From a virus (lineage: Duplodnaviria > Caudoviricetes), in IMG/VR virus record IMGVR_UViG_3300001525_000609, positions 18,623-82,622 of that record: DNA of 64,000 nucleotides; one strand, given 5' to 3'. Below are positions 27,255 through 37,328 of the stretch, in pieces. The first letter of the stretch is position 1. The number at the start of each line of letters is the position of its first letter. The notes under the pieces were generated by a model. That model did not search any database, had not been told where the DNA came from, and saw only the letters and a list, made by a program, of their open reading frames with translations. The translations under genes and the position numbers were made by a program.

Positions 27255-28240
27255 TATGCCTCCTTGTGTGATCAGGGTCGGCGGCGATGATGATCGTCGC
27301 CGAGTTTGGTGGCGGTCGCATTCGACCGCGCTGGCGGTGATGGATCCGCGCGGTTGCGCGGATGATTTTATCCGAGGACGGATCGCCAAGCCCACGAGGA
27401 CGCCGGCGGCCATGAGGTCGCGGCCAGGTCGGAACGGTCGCGCACATCTCCGAGGGTGGTTGAAGCTCGGAGGTAGCACGCGGCCGCGATGCTATCGGAG
27501 ATTCGCGTCGGCCGATGATCGTCATCGCACATGATAGGATGGACGAGCTACGTCCCATGTGCTCGGAAGGATGAACTGCGCGATCGCTCAGAGGGGATTC
27601 GTCTCCCATGTAACCCGATGGGGGCCTGCGGCCGGGTCGCGGCCGCACGTCGTAACGTGCAACTGCTAGCGACTCGCTTAAGCCAGCCAGCGCATGGACT
27701 CAATCCATGAGCGACGGGATTAATCCAACCCATCCGATAACCCAACCCGTGGGTTGGATTGTCCGTAGCTGGACTAGTCCAGTCGCTCATGGGATTGGAC
27801 TTATCCCATGAGCAACCGCGCGGATTCATGCCGAGACTAAACCCGTCCTGTTGGATTAGGGTTTAATCCCGCATCAGATACAATCCGACGCTTTACGTAT
27901 CTAAGACTCCCGTAGGCGCCTTTTTGTCATGACGTTGTACACGTCACACGACTGGCCACTGTATGTCGCGGTTAGGGATATATACCCTTCGGTCAATCGG
28001 CACAAAATGTATTACATATGCTACGGCCCCGGTATCCCTGCTCGGCCCGCGATCGCGCGCGTGGATCGGGCGCGTCCGCATACACGTCATGCGTGTGCAG
28101 TACCTGCCTATGTGACCGCGATACGGGCCTACCCCCGGGTATAGAAATGAGGGGGTCGATGTTCGTCACGGCTGTCAACTCCTAATCTGTATACCGTCAT
28201 ACCTATATACTGTCAAACCCTCACCCGTTCTGAGCGCACA
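27255..28240. ncRNA. Candidate large structured non-coding element (RNA, or DNA packaging/origin site)
   Basis: About 1 kb without a credible ORF and more than 12 adjacent hairpins; G-U pairs favour the + strand. Confidence 0.4.
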
Positions 28241-28254
28241 GCTCATGTGATAAC

Positions 28255-29001
28255 ATGGAATTCGAATGGACAGATGCGATGGCGACCAAGACCGATGCGG
28301 CGAAGCTCTCTGCGATGCTCTCGGCCGTGTCGTCTCAGACCGACCGCGTGAACGTCGCCATCGGAGCCGACGGCTCTGTGACGGTGCGCGCGGTCTCCCC
28401 CGACCACGTCACGATGGTCGGGATCGATGCGGAAGCAGGCACGGTGATGGGTATTTGCTCCCCCGTGTCGTTCGAAGCGGACGTGAACGCATGGCTTGCC
28501 TTCCTCCGCAGGTGCAAAGGCGACGTCGCTATGCTCTGGCTCGGCTCGTCGGCGGTCCAGCTCAGATGCCGTGGCGTCAGCGCCGTCCTGCGTCTCGACC
28601 CTCCCGGCCCCGATGTGCGCATACCGTCTCTGAGCCTTGAGGACCAGTGCGTGTTCGACCCTGCCGTGCTGAAGGACATGGCGGCCCTCGTGCCCAAGTC
28701 CAGCGTCGCGTACTGGCGCATGTCGCTCACGCCCTCGGGCCTGAACGTGTCCGTCCGCGACGATACGGGCACAGGCCCCGGCGCAGAGCTCGCAGCCGGC
28801 GACATGGACCTCTGCGACGTCCCCTCGGGGCAGGCCGAAGCATCGTTCCCCCGCGAGAGATGGACCGACGTGCTGAAGGCCCTTCCTTCCGGCGCGATCG
28901 GATTGGAGCTCGGCAACGACTATCCCTGCCGCGTGACGTTCGGCGGTGTCGGATGGAGCGGGCAGTGGATGTGCGCGCCCATCATAGAGTCGAGGCGATG
29001 A
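28255..29001 (+). CDS. pcn: Archaeal-type PCNA sliding clamp
   Basis: 248 aa; RAVSPDHVTMV, LELGNDYP and CAPIIE match PCNA hallmarks. Confidence 0.9.
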   Translation: MEFEWTDAMATKTDAAKLSAMLSAVSSQTDRVNVAIGADGSVTVRAVSPDHVTMVGIDAEAGTVMGICSPVSFEADVNAWLAFLRRCKGDVAMLWLGSSAVQLRCRGVSAVLRLDPPGPDVRIPSLSLEDQCVFDPAVLKDMAALVPKSSVAYWRMSLTPSGLNVSVRDDTGTGPGAELAAGDMDLCDVPSGQAEASFPRERWTDVLKALPSGAIGLELGNDYPCRVTFGGVGWSGQWMCAPIIESRR

Positions 29002-29002
29002 C

Positions 29003-29224
29003 ATGAGAGGCGCGCAGGTGAGATGGTGCGAGCGCTGCGGGAAATGGTACAGGGCCGATGAGAGAGACCTCAGGACCTGCACCGTGTGCGGGCAGGTCCA
29101 GCTGGAGTACAGATGCTATCGTTGCGGTCGCAGGTGGACGCCGAAGAAGGAGTCGCCCAAGACGTGCCCTAAGTGCGGAAGCCCGTATTGGGACCGCGCT
29201 AGGGTGATGACCGATGAAGAATGA
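29003..29224 (+). CDS. Double Zn-ribbon protein
   Basis: CERC, CTVC, RCYRCGRRW and CPKCGSPYWD, typical of archaeal mobile elements. Confidence 0.75.
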   Translation: MRGAQVRWCERCGKWYRADERDLRTCTVCGQVQLEYRCYRCGRRWTPKKESPKTCPKCGSPYWDRARVMTDEE

Positions 29225-29239
29225 ATGAGGTGAGTTTAT

Positions 29240-29629
29240 ATGTCAGAAGGATATACAGGAGATAGTATGGTGCATGATCGTGACAGTGCGTTGCAGGCGG
29301 TTGCTGCCGCCGACCAATGCCTGCAGGATCTGAAACGCATGATGCTCAACGGCGAGGTTCCGGGCTGCAAAGCTGCGTTCGCTGTCGCAGACGCCATCGC
29401 TTCCACAAGTGCCACGATGGTATGGCTGAAGGGCTGTTCTACCGATTCTCAGCCCGGAGCCGCGACAGAGGAGAAGGGGGCGGACGGGAACGCCCCTGCG
29501 AGCAGCAGTCCTGACGTGTGCGGAGTCCAACCGACCGCATCCGCCGAGAGCGTCACGGTCATGCCCATATCTGATGACGAGAGCACAGTCAGAGTGGCCG
29601 ATTCCGTATTCAGGAGCGAGGTCCTATGA
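29240..29629 (+). CDS. Hypothetical protein
   Basis: GAGGTGA SD. Confidence 0.55.
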   Translation: MSEGYTGDSMVHDRDSALQAVAAADQCLQDLKRMMLNGEVPGCKAAFAVADAIASTSATMVWLKGCSTDSQPGAATEEKGADGNAPASSSPDVCGVQPTASAESVTVMPISDDESTVRVADSVFRSEVL

Positions 29630-29847
29630 TAGTCAATTATCGTGTCACCGCATCGAAGTTCGACGGCGACGCGTTCATCCTCGAACAGTTCGAGACCCGC
29701 ATCGACGCGGAAGCGTATTACCGCGATCTGCAAGCCGATGCCGATGGCCTGCTGTCGTCGATACAATGCGGGTCCATCAGGCTGATGTTCGAGGAGTTCC
29801 TCGGAGGCCAGTGGGTGTGCACCTCCAAGAAGGTCGTGGTATTATGA
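29626..29847 (+). CDS. Small hypothetical protein
   Basis: ATGA overlaps at both ends. Confidence 0.55.
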   Translation: MIVNYRVTASKFDGDAFILEQFETRIDAEAYYRDLQADADGLLSSIQCGSIRLMFEEFLGGQWVCTSKKVVVL

Positions 29848-30266
29848 AGAGCTCTACGCCGAAGGCGGGGAAGAAGGAGGATGGCAAGGCTCCTGCAGAG
29901 CCTTCGTGCATCCTCGCGCTGAACAAGGGCAACATGGACAAGATGGGCGAGTCCAGGCGCTATCGCGACGCCCTTGCGGTCATGCAGGCCGTCGCGGATG
30001 CGTCGGGAGGCCGTCTCAGACGGGGCGAGTACATGTCGCTCCTGACAGGCTGTCCTCTCAAAGGCGACCCTCAGAGGGTGTTCGATGACGTGCTGTCCCG
30101 TGTGGACATACAGAAGTCCGAGTCCGACGAGGAGGCCGTGGCCATCGCGTCGCGCATACTCGCCACGGCAGACCGCGTGGGGTGCCCGAGAGAGGCGTTC
30201 GCCATGGACACTGTCAGGAGGCTGCTGGACATGATGCTCATGAGATATGACGTATGGGGTGCCTGA
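29844..30266 (+). CDS. Hypothetical protein
   Basis: ATGA overlap. Confidence 0.5.
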   Translation: MKSSTPKAGKKEDGKAPAEPSCILALNKGNMDKMGESRRYRDALAVMQAVADASGGRLRRGEYMSLLTGCPLKGDPQRVFDDVLSRVDIQKSESDEEAVAIASRILATADRVGCPREAFAMDTVRRLLDMMLMRYDVWGA

Positions 30267-30267
30267 C

Positions 30268-30648
30268 ATGGGCAGAAGGAGGCAGGTCCAGCCCGAAGGA
30301 GGGATAACCCTCGACTTCGGCACGGAGGCTCCCGCATCGGAAGCCGTGCCCGTCTCGTCCGAAACGGAAGCACAGGCCCCTGTGAAGCCCCTGACCGTCT
30401 GCGAGCAGATCAAGGCGGCCGTGGGCACCGACGGCCCCTGCACCGTCCCCACTCTGATCGAGACCAGGGAGAACGGCACGACCGTATGGTATCTGGTGGA
30501 CATCGACGGCCCGTCTGTCGAGAAGGCTTGGTCTGCATACAAGGCCCTCCGCCCCGTGCCTGTCCGCACCGAGTTCCTCGACATCCTGAGGGAGATCGCA
30601 GGGGATGCGGGCGCTAAGTTCCGCACCATATCCAAAATAGCCCTATGA
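30268..30648 (+). CDS. Hypothetical protein
   Basis: Starts 1 nt after the preceding stop. Confidence 0.5.
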   Translation: MGRRRQVQPEGGITLDFGTEAPASEAVPVSSETEAQAPVKPLTVCEQIKAAVGTDGPCTVPTLIETRENGTTVWYLVDIDGPSVEKAWSAYKALRPVPVRTEFLDILREIAGDAGAKFRTISKIAL

Positions 30649-30878
30649 TTTAAATATCAGTCGGGACATATAAGGTACGTCTTGGGACCTCTTGTCTTGT
30701 CGGGCGTCATTCACAGCGGGGCCTGCTCCCTTCTAGGGGGCGGCGGGCCCCGTCACCTCTTTTCATACCTGTCATAATCGTTATATAGGGCGTTATCGAT
30801 GTTAGTCCGCCTTCAGGTAAGGTCGGATCGCATCTGTTCCGGGTGCGATTGGGGTTCAAAGGCGGCCCCATTCGCGCC

Positions 30879-30888
30879 ATTTTTATAT
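30879..30888 (+). promoter_or_regulatory. TATA-like box ATTTTTATWT (also at 37298 and 45352)
   Basis: Same 10-mer lies 19-21 nt before three start codons (30910, 37329, 45381). Confidence 0.55.
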
Positions 30889-30909
30889 CCTCATACTGTT
30901 CGGCATGGC

Positions 30910-33900
30910 ATGACCGATGATAATCCGACTGATGACGAGCAGCTCAAAGAGCTGGACCCTGAAGACCCTAGGCCGAAGCAGACCTTCGACTCGCCTGAAC
31001 CTCTGAAATCCGATGTTCAGACGCCCGAGCCGAAGACGCCGGAGCTTCCTCCAGAGCCTGCATCTGAATATAAGCCGAGAAAGCAGAACATCAGCGCGGC
31101 GGATGTGAATGAGGATGCATCATACGACAGCGATATGCACGATCGCGCACGCGAATCTCGTATGAAGGATGGTGACGAGGATGTTTCGGCTGCCGAAGCG
31201 GCGCTGGACCAGGAGCTGTCCAACAGCACGGATGAGCGCGTCAGCGACGACGACAAGGCTGAGGCGGCCGAACGTGCGGACGAGTACAACCGCAACCGCG
31301 CCAAGAAGGACGCGGACCAGGCCCTGAAAGAGCGCAGGAAGGCGAAGGCGTGGGACGGCATCGAAGCTGTCGCAACAACTCTGCCCGGGATCGCGATGCA
31401 GACCACAGGCGATGTGCTGGGGAGCGTGAGGACGCTTGTGAACTCGTTCCTGTCGGGAGGGCCGATGACCATGTCCAGCCGGATCCTGGGCGAGGTCATG
31501 AGCGACACATCGGCCATGGAGAACCGCCTGAACACCCTCCATGAGCAGTACGGCATCTTGAGGGACTCCGACCCGCGCCTGACCGCAGACACTGTCAAAG
31601 GGCGCATGATGCGTGCAGCTACGAGAGAGGAGATGGAGGGTATAGCGTATGCCAACTCCAGCATCGATCTCATGCTCAGGACCCTTGGAGAGGACCCGTC
31701 GCAGATGAACGAAGCGTCCCTTCAGTCTGTGCAGAACGGCATCGACAGGGAGACTGCGAGACTCAATGAAGAGCTGCGCACAGGCAAGGACAAGGACGGG
31801 AACAAGCTCAATGCGCGTCAGAGACGCGTCAGGCAGGCGCAGCTCAGGCAGTACAACGAGGCCCTGACTGGGATAAACAAGAAGGTCAACGAAGCCAAGA
31901 AGTATGCCCGTGAAGACTACGCCGATGCGAGGCAAGCCGATTCCCAGCACAGGAGATGGGAGCGCGAAGTGGCCGGCGTGCAGAGGGGGTTCGAACGCGA
32001 GCACAAGGCGTGGGAGAAGGAAGGCGCACAGGCGCAGAGGGATTTCGAGCGCGAGCACAAGGCGTGGGAGCGCGATAAGGCCGCTGCGGATAAGAAGTAC
32101 AACAAGGACCTCAGCGACTGGCAGAAGCGTGAAGACGCCAGATGGGAGCAGAAGCGGTCGGACGACAGGTTCAATGCAGGCACGCCTGCCCAGCAGCGCG
32201 TATGGACTGCCTTGGGCCGTGATATCGACCTAGATGAAGAAGGCATCCCGACGGACAGTAGGCACTTGAACCGTCTGACCCAGGTCGCGGCGGACCGCCT
32301 GAGGAGCATAGAAGGAAGCCTTCTGCCTGGTGAGAAGCCAGAGGACAATGAAGACTATCAGAGATGGCAGGCTGTGCTGAACCGCGTGTCGCAGGTCAGG
32401 GAGCAGAACAAGGCTCGGATGCCGCTGACCGACGAGCAGCGCGAGGCTCAGCGCATCAAAGAGGAGAAAGAGGCCAGAGCCGCTGCGGAAGCCAAGGCGC
32501 AGGAAGACAGGTACAATGCGGGATCGGATCCGCAGAAGCGCGTGTGGGACATCTCCGGCGACAGGACGATAGACCTGTACGATGACGGCACGCCAGTAGA
32601 CAGCAGGCACTTGGAGAGCCTGCGGAAGGCTGTGTCCGACAAGATCTTTGCTCGTGAGAAGGAGCTGAGGGATGTGGACGCCGATCCTTCGAGCGACGAG
32701 GAGTATCGGAAACTGCAGGCCATCCATGGGCGCATCCAGGACAGACAGAAGTGGAACGCGGAGCAGAACCTGTCTCCCGAAGAGCGCGAGAACAGGCGCG
32801 CTAAAGCCGAAGCCGAAGCGAGGGCTGAAGAAGTCTACCGGAACAGCAACGCTGCTCAGCGCATCGTCAGAGACATGCTCGGGAAGAAGGACATCCCTCT
32901 GGACGAGAACGGCGTGACGCTGGACCATTCGTCTATCAACTCAGTCATCACCAAGACGAGAGCGTGGCTGAGCAACCCCGCCAATGCCGATTCGGAGGAC
33001 AGGCCCGTGGTTGAGAAGATCCTGGACGCGTACCGTCATACTGCTCTGACCAACAAGAACCTGGAGAAGGAGTTCTACGATCAAGTATCTACTCTCTCTG
33101 ATGGCCTGGTGAACAATAGCAGGAACTCGCTCAATGCGATAGTCAACGAATGCAGGAACGGTCTCGCAGACTGGTATAAGGAGCATGGCATCGACCCGAG
33201 CACATACCCTACGCCTGCCGAGGTCGGGGAAGATGCATATGCGGAGTTCTATTCTCTTTTCACTCGCAGAGCTGCCGCAGTCAACGGGCTCGCATATCAC
33301 GAAGCTATGAATAGGATCCACCAGGGCGCAGAGTCGATGGGGTTGAACAGCGATGCCGTCGAGCGCATCGGCATGACCCTCAAGACTCTCCAGATCAAGG
33401 ACCACGAAGACCGTATGAATAGGGGGATGAAACCTGATACGATATCGGACTTCTCCAACGCAGTCAGAGGATTCAACATCATATTCAGTAAAAAAAGCCA
33501 GAACATAAGAGATGAGCTTCAAGCAAAGATGGATCAGATCGACGAGCAGTTGCGCGATATGCACTACCGCGAATCGAAGGGCACGATATCATACGAGGAG
33601 TTCAGCGAACTGAAGATCCGGCTGAATCGTCAGAAGAACGGCTTGCAGCGCATAATAAACGGTTGTGAGAGGATGCCTGATGTCCTGAAACCTGCGCAAG
33701 TGGCGGCCTATAAGAAGAACATGAACATCATCGGCCTAAAGCTAAACAGGCTGGGCCTCGGCAACGGTTCAGGTGGATACAAAAGAGTCAAGGAGTCTGC
33801 CGAACCCACTTCTAAGAAGAAGCCTGAGCTGGACTTCGGAGACAGAGGCAACCCGCTCCCGCCGCCGGCGGTTCCCGAAGGGTCTGTACATTCTGAAGGA

Positions 33901-35637
33901 GACGGGGGATCGCTTTCCGATATGCAGCGGCTTGCAAAGGAGATGAACACGTATTCGGCAAACGGGGAGCTCAGCCCGGATTTTGTGTATGAGACGATGT
34001 TGAAATTGGCCAATTCGGTCCGTGCCGGTGAGCCCATCGATGATGACGCTCTCACGAAGATATACACTAATCTGTATGATAGTGTGGATGATAAGTCCAA
34101 GCTGGAGCTTCAGAGCATAATCGGTGTCCCCGAACAGATAAATGGATTCTTCGACAAGATCAGGCCTGAGAAACAAGACGAAGATCAGAGGCATGAGGTC
34201 GAAGACGAAGGCCAGGACGAATCTGATGAAGCATATCAGGATTTAGATAGCGGAAACCCTAACAGCAGATACAGCAAAGATCTCCGCAGTTTCAAGAACA
34301 AGATCGCTCAGATGGACAGGGGTGGCGCAGAGAATCAGAAAAAGCAGGTAATGAGCCAGCTCAAGAGGTCGATTGCCGATAAGAATTCGAGCATGGAGGA
34401 TATAGAGAAATATTATCAGAAGCTCAGGATGTTGGAAGATTGGGAGTCTGAGCCTAAGCACAAGGGGGAGATATTCACCAACGAGGAGAGGGCAGAGCTG
34501 GCTAAGATGTCAGAAATCGGCATCGACAAATATGTGTATCAACAGCAAGGCGCACTTGCAGATGAGGCATTGGCTGAAGAGCTGAAGAAGAACGAGACGT
34601 TCAGGCTCCAACTGGCCACATCTAACAAAGCTCTTGAGGATGCCAAGAAAGCCCTTGAGGATACCAAGAAAGCCCAGGAGGAAATGAAGCGGGAGATCGC
34701 CAATCTGAAGAGTGAATTGAACAGTGGTACACATGCTATCCCTCTTACACCCCCTGCATCCTCTGCGTCTCCTGCCCCCCTCCTCGTAGATTCTGATATG
34801 GATGCTTTGAAAAATGAAAGGAAAAAGAAACGTGAGGAATATCTGAACAGCGAAGGGCTCAATAAAGATGCAAAGGCGTATGTACAGCAATTGGAGAAAT
34901 ATCATCGCGGAAGCGCCGATTTCAATGAGAATCTCAGAACGATGCTGAATACCAAGCTTGCAAGCGGCCCTTTGGATACAGACCTCCATCCCGAGATGAG
35001 AAAGTTCGTTTCAGATATGGTGAATGACTTGGTCGGTGTTTTCAGCGAAAAGGACCCTCAGAAAGCAAGAGAATCGATCGATAAGCTGCTGGTGGAAGCT
35101 GGTCCTAAAGAGGCTCATGGCTCTTTATACGGGGGCATTCCCAGAACCGTATCGAGCGATAGCCGGAAGGAGATAGACGGCACCTTGTTCGACTTGAGCA
35201 ACTTCCTGCAGAACATGAATATCTGCTCGGCTAAGACTGCGAGAGAAAAGAAAGAGAAAAGAAAAGAGACGAAGAAAGAGCCCAAACTCATGCACTCCAA
35301 TATCGACACGGTGCTTCCTGAAGGCCCGATCCGCGAGGCTTTCAAGAAGATCGATGATGCCAGATCGATAAAAGGCTTTGAAAGTCGCAAGAACTTCTTC
35401 GAGAATCTGTCAGAAGAATTGACGAATGAGGGAATTAATGAAGACAGGAATGGCAATCAGATGACGTATAGCTATACCAGTCTTGATAATGTGCAGGGCA
35501 GGTTCCTGAGAGCGTTGTACAACACGCTGAATAATGATAAAAAATATGGCCCATATGAGAATGACAAGGGTGAAGACGATGAGGATCTGATTGAATTGGC
35601 CAACCTATTATACGATGAATTCAACAAAAAGATGTAA
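30910..35637 (+). CDS. Giant helical repeat protein (1575 aa), candidate internal virion/ejection protein
   Basis: Three ~120-aa repeats (RxNAG..QxRVW...D.RHL) and tandem FEREHKAWE; coiled coils. Confidence 0.6.
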   Translation: MTDDNPTDDEQLKELDPEDPRPKQTFDSPEPLKSDVQTPEPKTPELPPEPASEYKPRKQNISAADVNEDASYDSDMHDRARESRMKDGDEDVSAAEAALDQELSNSTDERVSDDDKAEAAERADEYNRNRAKKDADQALKERRKAKAWDGIEAVATTLPGIAMQTTGDVLGSVRTLVNSFLSGGPMTMSSRILGEVMSDTSAMENRLNTLHEQYGILRDSDPRLTADTVKGRMMRAATREEMEGIAYANSSIDLMLRTLGEDPSQMNEASLQSVQNGIDRETARLNEELRTGKDKDGNKLNARQRRVRQAQLRQYNEALTGINKKVNEAKKYAREDYADARQADSQHRRWEREVAGVQRGFEREHKAWEKEGAQAQRDFEREHKAWERDKAAADKKYNKDLSDWQKREDARWEQKRSDDRFNAGTPAQQRVWTALGRDIDLDEEGIPTDSRHLNRLTQVAADRLRSIEGSLLPGEKPEDNEDYQRWQAVLNRVSQVREQNKARMPLTDEQREAQRIKEEKEARAAAEAKAQEDRYNAGSDPQKRVWDISGDRTIDLYDDGTPVDSRHLESLRKAVSDKIFAREKELRDVDADPSSDEEYRKLQAIHGRIQDRQKWNAEQNLSPEERENRRAKAEAEARAEEVYRNSNAAQRIVRDMLGKKDIPLDENGVTLDHSSINSVITKTRAWLSNPANADSEDRPVVEKILDAYRHTALTNKNLEKEFYDQVSTLSDGLVNNSRNSLNAIVNECRNGLADWYKEHGIDPSTYPTPAEVGEDAYAEFYSLFTRRAAAVNGLAYHEAMNRIHQGAESMGLNSDAVERIGMTLKTLQIKDHEDRMNRGMKPDTISDFSNAVRGFNIIFSKKSQNIRDELQAKMDQIDEQLRDMHYRESKGTISYEEFSELKIRLNRQKNGLQRIINGCERMPDVLKPAQVAAYKKNMNIIGLKLNRLGLGNGSGGYKRVKESAEPTSKKKPELDFGDRGNPLPPPAVPEGSVHSEGDGGSLSDMQRLAKEMNTYSANGELSPDFVYETMLKLANSVRAGEPIDDDALTKIYTNLYDSVDDKSKLELQSIIGVPEQINGFFDKIRPEKQDEDQRHEVEDEGQDESDEAYQDLDSGNPNSRYSKDLRSFKNKIAQMDRGGAENQKKQVMSQLKRSIADKNSSMEDIEKYYQKLRMLEDWESEPKHKGEIFTNEERAELAKMSEIGIDKYVYQQQGALADEALAEELKKNETFRLQLATSNKALEDAKKALEDTKKAQEEMKREIANLKSELNSGTHAIPLTPPASSASPAPLLVDSDMDALKNERKKKREEYLNSEGLNKDAKAYVQQLEKYHRGSADFNENLRTMLNTKLASGPLDTDLHPEMRKFVSDMVNDLVGVFSEKDPQKARESIDKLLVEAGPKEAHGSLYGGIPRTVSSDSRKEIDGTLFDLSNFLQNMNICSAKTAREKKEKRKETKKEPKLMHSNIDTVLPEGPIREAFKKIDDARSIKGFESRKNFFENLSEELTNEGINEDRNGNQMTYSYTSLDNVQGRFLRALYNTLNNDKKYGPYENDKGEDDEDLIELANLLYDEFNKKM

Positions 35638-35647
35638 CGATATCTAT

Positions 35648-35675
35648 ATATCGGTTGCAATCATGCAACCGATAT
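35648..35675. promoter_or_regulatory. Inverted repeat, operator or terminator
   Basis: ATATCGGTTGCA-atca-TGCAACCGATAT. Confidence 0.6.
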
Positions 35676-35710
35676 TCTTTCCTTAGACTCTAATTTAAGA
35701 ATACCTTAAT

Positions 35711-35938
35711 CATTACAAAATTACATTGCATTACATTTTCGATGTAACGCAGGTTTTTGTACAATCTTATATAGTATTTATAAAGTCCCTATATAAGGAA
35801 TCCTATACAAATCTAAGAATTACATGAATTACATCATTTCAAAACTTTTAGAAAAAAATGAAGGGGAGAGCTTGTGCAAAGAATTTCTCATTTTTTTAGA
35901 ACTTTATAGGAAAACATGTAATTCATGTAATTTTGTAA
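35711..35938. repeat. Origin-like element B, diverged direct copy of A
   Basis: Shares TTACAAAATTACATT, GATGTAA, TTTTTGTACAA, AGTCCCTAT, CTAAGAATTACA.GAATTACATCATTT, TTAGAAAAAAAT and TGTAATTTTGTAA in the same order. Confidence 0.75.
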
Positions 35939-36048
35939 GGCAGTACAATCTGTCATTTATATACACGAGTCCATCAATGAACAATAAGATGCATTGGTTG
36001 GATCGCCATTCGGGAAAATTACTATAACGCCCGATCCGATGCTCTATC

Positions 36049-37266
36049 ATGGCTACGATAACAGAGATGCTGTCGAATATTTCCGACGGTATGACTATAC
36101 GCCTTGAGAAAGACTACAATGAATCGGTGGTCGTCCCAAAGGGCCTGAGCGTCGTCTTCGACCTGGGAGGACACATATGGACTGCGCCATCGGGCGAGAC
36201 TCCCCTTACCGTTGAAGGCGCATCTGCATCGGTGCATAATGGCACTATGACCGCCAAGAACAACGCAGTCATCAGAGTCGGTGCTAAGAATTCCGAATCC
36301 GAATCGTATGCGACTCTCGGCGTCACGCTCAACCTCCAAGCCGATGGGCATGTCTGCGTGTTCCTCGGGAAGGGGGCGCACGTGGACACGTCCGCATCGA
36401 TGAACACTCTGTCTGAGAACGGGGCTATTCAGGGGAACGGGACTGCTGCGTATTTCGGCAACAGCTGCGTGATCCGTGACGGTACGATCAGGTCAGTGGA
36501 TATTCCGATCTATTGGCCTCAAGAAGGGGATCTGACCATCCAAGGCGGGACCATCATCGGCAAGAAGTCGGGCGTCGAGATCCGCGCGGGCACCCTTACC
36601 GTGAAAGGCGGGACCATCATCGGAGAAGGTTCTCCGACAGAGTTCATGCCTAACGGATCGGGCACTACATCTGAAGGCGCAGGTATCGCAGTGGCGCAGC
36701 ATACTACCAAGAAGCTGATATCTGTCGTCATCAGCGGGGGGACGATCAAAGGCCATACTCCATTCTATGAGTCCAATCCTCAGGGTAATTCCGCAGAGGA
36801 TGTTGCGAAGATATCGGTGAGCATCACGGCGGGGAAATTCGAGACGATAAATGGCGGAACCATGGCGGTCTATTCGGAGGATTGCAAGGGGTTCGTCAGC
36901 GGCGGGATCTATGCCGGCGCAGTGGATATGACGTTCTTATCTTCGGGATTCGCTTTGTCCAGGCGCTCTGACGGGTCATACGGTGTGATCGTCGACCAAT
37001 GGTATATGCCTGAAGATGGTGCAGCAGGAGGGGGCTTCATAGGCCTCAAGAGGCTCATTCTTTACAAAGAGGTCCTAGACTACCACGCAGGCGGAATAAA
37101 GCTTCCATTAGCGGGGATGGATGCGCGCATATGCCTTGCGATCAACGCAGAAGGCGGGCCTTCTGCATGGTATGACCCTCTTGAGCAGCTGTTGCATATC
37201 TACAAGAACGGCGAGGACGCAGATGCAGTCTACAAGTCGATAACCGTTGTCCTGCTCGGATACTGA
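36049..37266 (+). CDS. Right-handed beta-helix (adhesin-like) protein
   Basis: FDLGGH.., repeated TIxGGTI and GAGIAVAQHTTKK...GGTI.G. Confidence 0.7.
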   Translation: MATITEMLSNISDGMTIRLEKDYNESVVVPKGLSVVFDLGGHIWTAPSGETPLTVEGASASVHNGTMTAKNNAVIRVGAKNSESESYATLGVTLNLQADGHVCVFLGKGAHVDTSASMNTLSENGAIQGNGTAAYFGNSCVIRDGTIRSVDIPIYWPQEGDLTIQGGTIIGKKSGVEIRAGTLTVKGGTIIGEGSPTEFMPNGSGTTSEGAGIAVAQHTTKKLISVVISGGTIKGHTPFYESNPQGNSAEDVAKISVSITAGKFETINGGTMAVYSEDCKGFVSGGIYAGAVDMTFLSSGFALSRRSDGSYGVIVDQWYMPEDGAAGGGFIGLKRLILYKEVLDYHAGGIKLPLAGMDARICLAINAEGGPSAWYDPLEQLLHIYKNGEDADAVYKSITVVLLGY

Positions 37267-37328
37267 AACCATCAGCCTGCGCTTAGCGCAGGCATTCATT
37301 TTTATTTCAGGCAGTCATTCTCGCATGT

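Noticed and set aside
27855-27865. TTAGGG telomere-like motif
   Set aside because: Single copy, forming the loop region of a GGATTA/TAATCC hairpin.
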